Of a stretch of 64,000 nt of DNA, positions 20,011 through 28,669 are shown piece after piece (position 1 is the first letter of the stretch; every line of letters begins with the position of its first letter). Made by a program: the position numbers and the translations under genes. Below the pieces are notes generated by a model. That model worked only from the letters and a program-made list of their open reading frames with translations, made no database searches and was not told the origin of the DNA. Source of the DNA: an uncultured Gammaproteobacteria bacterium (GTDB lineage: Bacteria; Patescibacteriota; Microgenomatia; UBA8517); NCBI GenBank assembly GCA_964583685.1, contig CAZOVJ010000002.1:45055-109054 (forward strand). Direction: 5' to 3'.

Positions 20011-20125
20011 TTTGTTTCATTTGTCTCACTTCGCTTTGCTCAGTGTTATAACATTCAGCCTCGAACGTGATACAATCGGAGTAATCGGTTATGGGCTCGA
20101 AAGGTTCTAGACCGACCTGCTCAGC
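20011..20125 (+). repeat. Island repeat: compact L+R element
   Basis: tttgtttcatttgtctcacttcgctttgctcagtgttataacattcagcctcgaacgtgatacaatcggagtaatcggttatgggctcgaaaggttctagaccgacctgctcagc. Confidence 0.8.
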
Positions 20126-20155
20126 AATATAATCTTTTTGTTATAATACAAATAT

Positions 20156-20659
20156 ATGACACAAACAGATTTACTAAAAAAGATTCAAGATAAACTTAAA
20201 TCCGAAGGGTACGAAGTAAAATCTGATGTTAAATATGGAGATTACACATTTCCCGTAGTTGGTAGGTTGAGTAAGTTTGAGCTTAGCAAGTTTGGTAAAG
20301 CTGATTATTTTGTAGTTGTTGGTGTTGCGCAAGAAGCAAAGCTGTCCGATTTAAGAAGTTTTTCAAGTCAAGCCTATGAGTATGCTGGGAGCAACAGGTC
20401 AACTTCTATGCCCCCAGGCCTAGGCGCGAGCTTTTTTACATTTCCAGTGCTAATTGTAAACAAAGCAGAAGAAAGTGTTGTTGAAGGAGTGAAAAATGGA
20501 ACACCACCCAAACACTGGTCATCTACAGAATTTCCAACAATAGTGGATTTAACTACAGGAAAGATGCACTATTTCACTGGTACTCCAGCTTGGGGTGCAG
20601 CCTATTGGGAAAGTTTCAGAAGGTTAGTAAATAAAGTCATCCCCGTTACAGTTGGTTAA
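20156..20659 (+). CDS. Hypothetical protein (167 aa)
   Basis: ORF. Confidence 0.45.
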   Translation: MTQTDLLKKIQDKLKSEGYEVKSDVKYGDYTFPVVGRLSKFELSKFGKADYFVVVGVAQEAKLSDLRSFSSQAYEYAGSNRSTSMPPGLGASFFTFPVLIVNKAEESVVEGVKNGTPPKHWSSTEFPTIVDLTTGKMHYFTGTPAWGAAYWESFRRLVNKVIPVTVG

Positions 20660-21055
20660 GCCATTCCTTTATTGCTTCTTATGTTGATTCAAGTGTGTTG
20701 TGCAATTTCGTAGTTAATGATATTTGAAATTATAATTTGGTATAACTGCGGGCTGTTGTTGATATAATAAATAAGTTCGAATAGCGTCTATGCTCGCCAG
20801 CAAACTGAGATTTGAACTCCAAAGCTACCCTCCAGCATGATCGGAGAATAATAAATACAGAAAATAATGTAGGAATTTCTTTGTAATAATCGCGAAAAAC
20901 CTTAATTTTATGCAGTTATAATGATATTTTGGTTCGGGACCTATTTCTATCGCACAACATTCGATGGATTAGATATCTACTTAACTCATCTACAATAGAG
21001 AAAATTTTAGAAAAAATGAAATAAGAGCCTATAGCATGGTAAAATCCTCATTACT

Positions 21056-21976
21056 ATGGTTGAAAGAAAGCGTTTCGGTACGATAGAATCTTCCCCAAAA
21101 AGCAGAGGTTCAATCGATCTCGAACTTGGTGAAAGAATTAAGATCCCGTTTACTGGGGCAGAAATCATTTATGCAACTACTATCTCCGGAGATAAGGTGG
21201 TAGTTAAAAAACCACTAAACAACGATCGGGCTAGACATGAATGGGAAGGTCTTAATACAGTAGAATCGACAGGTATTTCTATCCCAAAACCTGTTGCGCT
21301 AATAAGCTATTCAGAGGACCAACTGGCTATTGTATCTAGTTATGTTGAAGGCGATAAATTGTATGATAAACCAAACCCTGATGTAAAAGCAGAAGTTGGA
21401 AGGCAAATTAAAAAAATGCACCAAAGTGCACAGATTGTCGGTGAAGATTGGCTATCTAGTGGTCGAAGCTCATTTCTTTACTATGATAGATATATTTATA
21501 GGTGGTCTAGGGGAAATATCGAAGAGCTGAAAGCAGACGGTAGGACTGCTTCAATATTAGGAGAACTTACCGATGCTGCGGATCAATTCTGTACGCACTC
21601 AGAACCAACATTCAACCACAACGATTTACATGATGGGCAAGTTATCGTAGATGGAAAAGGAAAACCAACAATCATAGATTTTGGAAATTGGACAGAAGAA
21701 ACTTGGATGAACGATATCGGTTATCACTTGTTTCACCTTGTCAGAACTGACAGAGTAGGTGCTGATGACTTTACAAACTTTTTAAACGGATACATGGAAG
21801 GCAAAAAAATGACTGATAAAGAAAAATCAAATTTGGCTTTTTACTTGCTTTTTATATCATCAAGAGCACTAAATTATTTTTACAGAAGACATAGCTCATA
21901 CTTGCCTGTTGCACAAGAGACTCACGAAAAAGTGTTGGCTCATCTTGAAAATGAATCAATCTGGAAAGATTATTAG
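21056..21976 (+). CDS. APH/ChoK-family small-molecule kinase (aminoglycoside-phosphotransferase-like)
   Basis: Catalytic loop HNDLHDGQVIVD and IDFGNW, the Brenner and DFG-like motifs of the APH family. Confidence 0.65.
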   Translation: MVERKRFGTIESSPKSRGSIDLELGERIKIPFTGAEIIYATTISGDKVVVKKPLNNDRARHEWEGLNTVESTGISIPKPVALISYSEDQLAIVSSYVEGDKLYDKPNPDVKAEVGRQIKKMHQSAQIVGEDWLSSGRSSFLYYDRYIYRWSRGNIEELKADGRTASILGELTDAADQFCTHSEPTFNHNDLHDGQVIVDGKGKPTIIDFGNWTEETWMNDIGYHLFHLVRTDRVGADDFTNFLNGYMEGKKMTDKEKSNLAFYLLFISSRALNYFYRRHSSYLPVAQETHEKVLAHLENESIWKDY

Positions 21977-22620
21977 CCCTTTTTTTCTAGAAGCTTAAAA
22001 TGAGAGTAATCGTTGATGTAATTTACTTTCCAGGATTTCCTTTGACTGCTGTAAATCAGGAGAGAGATACCTGTGTAGTTTATTGTTAGTGTTCTAATAA
22101 CTCTTGCCATCATCTCATCCGAATAATTATTCCCTAATATAACCATACTTATAAAACATCTGATAAACACGTCATGCGATACGACCAAAATTCGTTTTCC
22201 TTTATATTTTTTCCTTAAGAAACTTGAGAGTTTATCCGCTCTGCCTAGGACTTCTCTCACTGATTCCTCCTTATTTTTAAACTTCCAATCAAGATTTCTG
22301 TAGTTTGCGTAATATTCTTTAACATATTCTCTTGAAATCTTACTGTTTCTATCTGCTCCATACATTTGAGGTAATTGCATTCTTTCGTGTATGTAATCTA
22401 GAGTCTCTGTTTTAATTTTCAGATTACCAGAGAGAATTTCTGTAGTTTTTCTTGACCTTTCCCATTTACTTGAAAAGATTTTGTCTAATCGGGAGAATCT
22501 GGATCTTTGACTTAAAACCTCTGCTTGTTTTTCACCAAACTTGCCCAGTTTGGAGTCAGGAGTCTGCCACTGGTTTCTGGGGGTTTCGCTACTTGCGTGT
22601 CTAACTAAGAACAATAACAT
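21973..22620 (-). CDS. Histidine phosphatase superfamily protein (PGAM-like), last gene of the RiPP operon
   Basis: LFLVRHASSE (RHG-type) and ILVVSHDVFIR (SHG-type) motifs. Confidence 0.55.
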   Translation of the reverse strand: MLLFLVRHASSETPRNQWQTPDSKLGKFGEKQAEVLSQRSRFSRLDKIFSSKWERSRKTTEILSGNLKIKTETLDYIHERMQLPQMYGADRNSKISREYVKEYYANYRNLDWKFKNKEESVREVLGRADKLSSFLRKKYKGKRILVVSHDVFIRCFISMVILGNNYSDEMMARVIRTLTINYTGISLLIYSSQRKSWKVNYINDYSHFKLLEKKG

Positions 22621-22627
22621 CTTATCC

Positions 22628-23398
22628 TTATTGTACTGTTCCTAGTGCTATAACTCCAATGACGCTTTCATCAATCTTGTCAAAATCGAGAAGTCTGTTT
22701 AAGCCATCGTCAATAAAACCACCTATTGAACAAGCGCCCAACCCCAGCTCGGCAGCTAGTAAGCTAACATTTTGTGCATAGTGACCGTACTCTGTATAAA
22801 TATGCCTCAAACCTCTATCACCATACTTCTCCTCAGTTCTGTCAAATATCGACGATATTACTAGTAAAACAGAAGATTTTCGAATCCAAGGTTGGTTAAA
22901 CTGTTTCATTGTTTCTTTGAAAAAGGGTTTATCATATATCTTTTCCAAAGAATGGCTTTTAACATGATAGTGGTATATTGCTGGCAGCAAATCCTCAACT
23001 TTGAATACAAAAGGATAAATTTCTAATGGGTATCTTGCTCCAGCAGAAGGGTAAAATCGTTTGTCTTTTGTCTTTTTAAACGATAACCTCTTTAACCCGC
23101 ATGAGTAAAACATTAGATTGGAAAAAACAGCGGATTTAATGTTCTTTTTTGTAAATTCTCTTATTGACTCTCTTTTTGTTAATGCATTACTCAAGCTCCA
23201 TTTCGGTTTGGTGGGTGTAGGTAGTAAAACCTGCTCCATCCTGGGATAAGCTTTATAATAAACTTTCTTCCAATGCTCCGGCCAAGTGGAATAAGGTGTT
23301 GTCTTGTATTTACTGAAATCGTCAATCTTTATATTATTATTGAACTCCCTTGATTTAGAGATTTTCAGCGTTTTAATTATTTTTCCTAACTTGTTCAT
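22628..23398 (-). CDS. SagB-type FMN-dependent dehydrogenase (azoline oxidase; nitroreductase fold)
   Basis: RESIREF and PSAGARYPLEIY match the SagB-type dehydrogenase signature. Confidence 0.8.
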   Translation of the reverse strand: MNKLGKIIKTLKISKSREFNNNIKIDDFSKYKTTPYSTWPEHWKKVYYKAYPRMEQVLLPTPTKPKWSLSNALTKRESIREFTKKNIKSAVFSNLMFYSCGLKRLSFKKTKDKRFYPSAGARYPLEIYPFVFKVEDLLPAIYHYHVKSHSLEKIYDKPFFKETMKQFNQPWIRKSSVLLVISSIFDRTEEKYGDRGLRHIYTEYGHYAQNVSLLAAELGLGACSIGGFIDDGLNRLLDFDKIDESVIGVIALGTVQ

Positions 23399-23399
23399 G

Positions 23400-24710
23400 T
23401 TATAAAAATGGGTGAGGATAAGTGTTTAATTTTCCGGTATTTTTGTAGCCCAAACTACTCGGAACGTTGTGTAAACGCTCACCTCCCCGTAGTGGGTATT
23501 TTTCATTAAGATACACAGGTTGCATTCTCGGTATCACAACCTTCACTACTTTAAAAGGAATATCCATAAAGTATTTTGAGGTAATATCTTTGTAATATAT
23601 TTTATAACCCCTATCTTCTAGAGATTTTCTTAATATACGCAGCTGGTTTCGTGCAGAAAGATCCTTGTTTGCGGACTCTATTTTTACAAGATCTAAGTTG
23701 TTAATAAAAAAGTCTAACTTTGAGATCGATTTAGATGGGTACCAAAAAAGCCCTCGATTTTTAATTGTAGAATTTTTAATCAACTCTGTTTTTGAAATAT
23801 CTGATGGATTTTGTATATATGATTCGCGTATCCATGTTCTTGTATGAAATGCTTCATTGATCGAACCGATAATTGCACTTTCTATATCTAAGTGAGATTT
23901 TAAACCTACAGAAACAGCTTTACTAAATCCGGTTTCATCGACCACCACAGATGCAACAGCTGGAATGGGCAAATCTGTTCTTATATCTAAAGAAAATATT
24001 TTCAATCTATATCTCTGAGATATTTCTAATAGTTTCTTAACTTTTTCATTATTAGAAGACAAAAGATCATATCTTTTTGGTTTTAGTTTATTCAGATAAT
24101 AAATCATGAATGCATCTCTCTCAATAACTTCATAAATTCCACCCAATATTGCAGAATCTAGTTTAAAATGACCGGCAGCCCCAGTACTAATTGATGGATA
24201 GATGGCTGGCTCTTTTTTGACGGGACGGTAGGATAGGTAAATTACCTGGCAAGGGACGAGACAGCTCTCGTTAGTGTTCAAAGATTTCATTTCTGTCCAC
24301 CTAAACAATGAATTGTCGTCAATTCGAAAATTCTTATATTCATTTTGATGAAGTTGTTTGTCTGAAAAAAATATGAACTTCTCTGGATTAATGGCATTTT
24401 TATTGATTTTCGAATAGCTACCTACATAACTAACCTCTTTATTAAAAAAGGCGAAATTATCATATCTCTCTATCGCTTCAGCTAAAGCTTTTAGTACTGC
24501 CTCATATTGGGAGAAAAATGACACTCCTGAAGCCTTTGAGTGAAAGTGTGCTCCATCTTGCTTTAAATGTTTATCATTGATTGACGCTGAATAATACCAG
24601 AACTTAGGCTCATCATAATGTTGTCGAACTCTTTCAAAAGATTCGACTAATTTAATTTCTTGCAAGATGGGGCTGAGGTTTTTGATCAAACTGATAAAAT
24701 CTTCATTCAT
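23400..24710 (-). CDS. YcaO-domain cyclodehydratase
   Basis: GVSFFSQYEAVLKALAEAIERY fits the canonical YcaO ATP-binding motif. Confidence 0.85.
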   Translation of the reverse strand: MNEDFISLIKNLSPILQEIKLVESFERVRQHYDEPKFWYYSASINDKHLKQDGAHFHSKASGVSFFSQYEAVLKALAEAIERYDNFAFFNKEVSYVGSYSKINKNAINPEKFIFFSDKQLHQNEYKNFRIDDNSLFRWTEMKSLNTNESCLVPCQVIYLSYRPVKKEPAIYPSISTGAAGHFKLDSAILGGIYEVIERDAFMIYYLNKLKPKRYDLLSSNNEKVKKLLEISQRYRLKIFSLDIRTDLPIPAVASVVVDETGFSKAVSVGLKSHLDIESAIIGSINEAFHTRTWIRESYIQNPSDISKTELIKNSTIKNRGLFWYPSKSISKLDFFINNLDLVKIESANKDLSARNQLRILRKSLEDRGYKIYYKDITSKYFMDIPFKVVKVVIPRMQPVYLNEKYPLRGGERLHNVPSSLGYKNTGKLNTYPHPFL

Positions 24711-24772
24711 AAAAAATACACCTAACCATAGCAGGTTTTGTTAGTCAAGACTATTAATAAATAACTGATTAG

Positions 24773-25009
24773 TTATTTACCTAGTCTATTTTCGGCACAA
24801 TCACAGCCACAGCTCGCACAGCTTGAACAGCTGCCACAACTACCACCACCACAAGCACAGCTTGAACAGTCTCCGCAACTCTGATCACAATCAGAGGCAC
24901 GTACTACACCTTTGGTAGCTTCTGCTTTAATATTTGTGTCGTTTTGCTGGGGCATGGCATCAGCTAAATCTCTCGTTTCTCTTATAACTTCACTCGTCAT
25001 TTTTCTCAC
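24773..25009 (-). CDS. TOMM/LAP-type RiPP precursor peptide (78 aa) with a Cys/Ser/Gly-rich core
   Basis: Core SCGDCSSCACGGGSCGSCSSCASCGCDCAENRLGK; a strong RBS GGAGGGGGTGAG lies 7 nt upstream; it sits immediately upstream of YcaO. Confidence 0.7.
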   Translation of the reverse strand: MRKMTSEVIRETRDLADAMPQQNDTNIKAEATKGVVRASDCDQSCGDCSSCACGGGSCGSCSSCASCGCDCAENRLGK

Positions 25010-25122
25010 CCCCTCCCATAGTTTGATGCGATATTATAACAGCAGTCAAAATATGTCAATTATACTTGAATGTAATATATTCAGCTCACCCATGACTTTT
25101 AAAGACGTTTTTTGAGTACTGT

Positions 25123-25905
25123 TCATTTTTTTACAGTTATCATAAATCTTTTAGAATTAGTTTTTATTCCCTTTCTGGTTTTGTTTTTTTCGATAAATCG
25201 TTCTAGAATCCCAAAATCTTTCTTGCTTTTTCCAAAACCTGGGATTATTGGAGTGTGTTTAAGCAGAAAAATTAAATCTTCTGAAGTTTTGTAATAGACA
25301 GTCGAATTGTATTCTTTCGCTTTGATATTTTTGAACCCAGCTTTTTTCAGACCTTTTATATATTTATTCTTAAGTGTTCCGTCTTTTAATCCATACGCCT
25401 GACCTCTTTTAAAAGCCCGCTTAATGTTAATTTTGTCACCTTCGCTAACTTGTTGTGTGAAAAAGTGACCACCTTTCACTAAGACTCGATAAACCTCTAG
25501 TGGATAAAAGTCACAATGTCTGCTGGTTACAATATCAAAGGAGTTATCAGGGAATTTAAGCTTTACTGAACTCATTCGAAGAAAGCGTACATTTTTATAC
25601 CCTGCTTTGTTAAGGTTTCTTTTTGCAGTGTTAACCATACTGACTGAATGATCTATGCCAGTTATAAACTTCACTTTTTCAGCTAACCTAAGAATTTGTT
25701 CTCCTCCTCCAGTTCCTATATCTAAAAGTTTGTCTGTTGGTTTTGCGATTTTCGCTACTTCCTCAATAAAATTCCATTTTTTACCTTCCTCGATCTTTTT
25801 CAATCGACTGAAGTCCCAACCAATTCGTTTACCAACTCTATTGTAAAATTTCTTGTAATTAACCTGACTCATGTTTTGATTATATCGCAAAGTGGTATCA
25901 TACAT
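25123..25905 (-). CDS. Class I SAM-dependent methyltransferase, first gene of the RiPP operon; the start may be the Met at 25872
   Basis: SAM motif LLDIGTGGGEQ. Confidence 0.75.
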   Translation of the reverse strand: MYDTTLRYNQNMSQVNYKKFYNRVGKRIGWDFSRLKKIEEGKKWNFIEEVAKIAKPTDKLLDIGTGGGEQILRLAEKVKFITGIDHSVSMVNTAKRNLNKAGYKNVRFLRMSSVKLKFPDNSFDIVTSRHCDFYPLEVYRVLVKGGHFFTQQVSEGDKINIKRAFKRGQAYGLKDGTLKNKYIKGLKKAGFKNIKAKEYNSTVYYKTSEDLIFLLKHTPIIPGFGKSKKDFGILERFIEKNKTRKGIKTNSKRFMITVKK

Positions 25906-25907
25906 TT

Positions 25908-26459
25908 ATGAAAGTCTATCTAATCAGGCATGCTATGAGTGTGGATGCAAAAAGAGGAATATCACAAAGAGATAACTCGCCATTGGCTAAAGATGCAATT
26001 AAAGATAAATCTATTAGTTATTATAAAGAATTAGAATTTGATAAAGTATTATGTTCTCCACTGCTTCGAGCGACACAAACAGCAGAAAAACTTTTTGGGA
26101 ATTTTGAAATTGTAGATTACATATATGAATATAAAAGACCTACAGAACTTGATGGAGTTCCAAGAAAAGAAGCTAGAAAATTCTGGGAAAAACATTGGCC
26201 GAAATCGAGTACGGATCCCAACTGGAGCCATGACGGCAGCGAAAGCTTCAATACAATGGTCACAAGGGCTGATAAGTTTTATAAGTTCTTAAAGGGCTTG
26301 AAGTACAAAAGAGTTGCCGTAGTTGGCCATTCTATATTTTTTAGACATTTATTGTCTATACATGCACTTGGTAAGAAAAATTACACAATTGACAAGTATT
26401 ACAAACTTTCCATGTTTATTAAACCCTATCCTCTGCACTACTTAAAGATGGAGCTATAA
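25908..26459 (+). CDS. Histidine phosphatase superfamily protein (PGAM-like), divergent from the RiPP operon
   Basis: YLIRHAMS, SPLLRATQTA and VAVVGHS motifs. Confidence 0.7.
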   Translation: MKVYLIRHAMSVDAKRGISQRDNSPLAKDAIKDKSISYYKELEFDKVLCSPLLRATQTAEKLFGNFEIVDYIYEYKRPTELDGVPRKEARKFWEKHWPKSSTDPNWSHDGSESFNTMVTRADKFYKFLKGLKYKRVAVVGHSIFFRHLLSIHALGKKNYTIDKYYKLSMFIKPYPLHYLKMEL

Positions 26460-26460
26460 G

Positions 26461-26937
26461 ATGACAAGAGTAGCAATAAGAGCTGTCGCAGTTTTAGTAA
26501 AAGACGATAAAGTATTGCTTGTACACAGAACTCGTAATGGAAAAGAATTTTGGGTTTTTCCGGGTGGAGGAGTTGAGGAAGGCGAAAATGTAGAAGAAGC
26601 GGTCGTCCGTGAAGTGGAAGAAGAGGCAAGTACTAAATGTAAAATAGTTAAACTTCTTTATACCCATATCTACTCGAATTTAGGACATAAACAATTCTAT
26701 TACCTATGCGATTACATATCAGGAAACCCAAAATTAGGTGATTTTAATGAATTAGAGACAATGAAAAATGAAGATCAAACTTATGAACCGGGTTGGATAA
26801 AAATTGAAAGTCTATCCAAGAAATTAGTCTATCCTTTGGAAATTCGAGACTGGCTGATTGAAGATTATAGGACGGATTTCAAAAACACACCGAGAGCTGC
26901 AACCTTAAAATCCACCGAGCTTCGTCAAGAGTTATAA
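26461..26937 (+). CDS. NUDIX hydrolase (paralog B of 12560-13036)
   Basis: Nudix box GGGVEEGENVEEAVVREVEEEAST; 158 aa, the same length as paralog A. Confidence 0.8.
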   Translation: MTRVAIRAVAVLVKDDKVLLVHRTRNGKEFWVFPGGGVEEGENVEEAVVREVEEEASTKCKIVKLLYTHIYSNLGHKQFYYLCDYISGNPKLGDFNELETMKNEDQTYEPGWIKIESLSKKLVYPLEIRDWLIEDYRTDFKNTPRAATLKSTELRQEL

Positions 26938-26942
26938 ATTCC

Positions 26943-27229
26943 TTTTTTATACTGTCTCATTTGTCTCATTTAGCCTCAAGTGTGATACACTTTTGACAAG
27001 CGGTTACGGGTCGGGAAGGTTCGAAACCCACCTGCTCAATTATCCCAGAATAGTACGGTAAGTATGGGATCAAGTGGGTCCAGACCCGCATGCTCAATTC
27101 GCTGGGAATAGTACCGTAAGTATGGGATCAAGTGGTGGCAGACCGACCTGCTCAATTAGCTCGGATTAGGAACCCCAGGTTCGATGTCCAGATATGGGAC
27201 TGGAAGGGCCCAGACCGACCTGCTCAGCC
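26943..27229 (+). repeat. Island repeat: L-module followed by four tandem R subunits (59, 59, 71 and 22 bp)
   Basis: ttttttatactgtctcatttgtctcat...ggttcgaaacccacctgctcaatt.../ggtccagacccgcatgctcaatt.../ggcagaccgacctgctcaattagctcggattaggaaccccaggttcgatgtccagatatgggactggaag/ggcccagaccgacctgctcagcc. Confidence 0.85.
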
Positions 27230-27252
27230 AAGACGGGCAGGTGTGTGACCAC

Positions 27253-28074
27253 ATGCTCGTGGTTCACGTTCCGATTGACATGGATAGCACAAAAGATTTC
27301 ATCTCAAAATACATCAAAAATTCTCTAATGATGCTTAGTGACGTGAACTCGTTTATTTTTTTAAGATCAAAAACCGGGCTACCAATCTTAAAAGAATATA
27401 AATTGGGCGGTGGGAATCACCTTTCTCTAATAGGACAATTTGCAATATTGAATTTTATTTCAAAGATTCACTTAGTGCTTAACATAGGTAGAGAGGCTTA
27501 TGTTGGATCCGAGAAAGTTATTAAAATTAAAGGGATCAAGAAAAGCGCTCCATCAGAAATAAAGAAATATGTGCGAGTGCCCAAAATAGGCGAAATAAAC
27601 GAAAAGCAAGCATTTGTGCTTCTTGTTATAAAATATCCGAAAGACATTGGCATACCCAAAATAAAAGATAAAATTGAAAAGATATGGGATGATATCCGAA
27701 ATAAAATCAGCCACCTTGCCACCATAGAAGTAGACAATATTGCAGTGACCTTGCACTATCCCACAATAGAATATCGCCAAATTTTCGAGGAAGCCAAAGA
27801 ATGGACCTTAGCTAAGCCTTTTGTTGTTATCAGTCCGGCTAATAGAGAAAAACACAAAGCTAAAATAAAAAGAGAGGATCCAGATTTGGAAAAGCCACTA
27901 TCAAAAATTATGTGGAATGCAGCCAGTGATATTGTGATTGTAGATTTTTTAAATATCGCCATACAAGAAATTTCCGATTGGATAATTGAAAATATAAATA
28001 AAGGTGTTTATCGCGAAGATAATATATCTGAAACAAAAGAATGGATAAAAATTAACTTTAGGTCAAAGGGTTAA
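27253..28074 (+). CDS. Hypothetical protein. The ORF track starts at 27184 inside the repeat; the first ATG after the repeat is 27253.
   Basis: ORF; Lys/Ile-rich. Confidence 0.45.
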   Translation: MLVVHVPIDMDSTKDFISKYIKNSLMMLSDVNSFIFLRSKTGLPILKEYKLGGGNHLSLIGQFAILNFISKIHLVLNIGREAYVGSEKVIKIKGIKKSAPSEIKKYVRVPKIGEINEKQAFVLLVIKYPKDIGIPKIKDKIEKIWDDIRNKISHLATIEVDNIAVTLHYPTIEYRQIFEEAKEWTLAKPFVVISPANREKHKAKIKREDPDLEKPLSKIMWNAASDIVIVDFLNIAIQEISDWIIENINKGVYREDNISETKEWIKINFRSKG

Positions 28075-28089
28075 TAAAATATATCAGTT

Positions 28090-28560
28090 ATGAGATTGCA
28101 AATATTAGATAAATTAACAGTTGAGTTGAAAAAAGAAATTAAAAGTGAAATTCAAGTTGTTTTTATCTTGTCGAAAATTAGAAAATTATTGGAGTGGGAG
28201 AATGCAAAGGGCAGATATAAGATCCTAAACTTTTATTGCAATTGGGTACTTCACAATAAAATCGACAGGACAGAGCCAGTTGGAAAAATCTTAAGAGATT
28301 TTATTGTTAATAAAGCAGATCGGTATAAACTAGTTTTTCATGAAGAATTTAAAAAAGAATTTAGAAGATTTCTGAAAGATTACAATCTTCCCGTTTTGAG
28401 CCCGATTTCGATGGAAAAATTTAAAAACGAACTAAATAAGGCACTATCAGAGACTCCAGTCGAAATAGTTATAGGAACTCGTTACAGAATCAAACTTGGC
28501 GACCCTGAAGCTGCGAATTTGAATTATGTAATTGTTCCATTGAAGGAACCCAAGACCTAA
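28090..28560 (+). CDS. Hypothetical protein; distant paralog of the 16094-16657 product
   Basis: See the paralog blocks listed for 16094-16657. Confidence 0.5.
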   Translation: MRLQILDKLTVELKKEIKSEIQVVFILSKIRKLLEWENAKGRYKILNFYCNWVLHNKIDRTEPVGKILRDFIVNKADRYKLVFHEEFKKEFRRFLKDYNLPVLSPISMEKFKNELNKALSETPVEIVIGTRYRIKLGDPEAANLNYVIVPLKEPKT

Positions 28561-28573
28561 AGATCCTTTTAGC

Positions 28574-28619
28574 GGGTTCGGGTTATGGGCTCATAAGGGT
28601 CCTGACCTGTAAGCTCAGC
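28574..28619 (+). repeat. Island repeat R-module
   Basis: cgggttatgggctcataagggtcctgacctgtaagctcagc. Confidence 0.65.
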
Positions 28620-28669
28620 AAATATTTCAACTTGGATTCGAACTCTTACTCCATTAAAATATAATAAAT

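Noticed and set aside
26990-27030. tRNA-like T-arm motif inside the repeats (GGTTCGAAACCCACC; GGTTCTAGACC)
   Set aside because: It resembles a tRNA T-loop/acceptor end, but no D or anticodon arms are present. It is treated as part of the repeat, possibly derived from a tRNA 3' end, and not as a tRNA gene.
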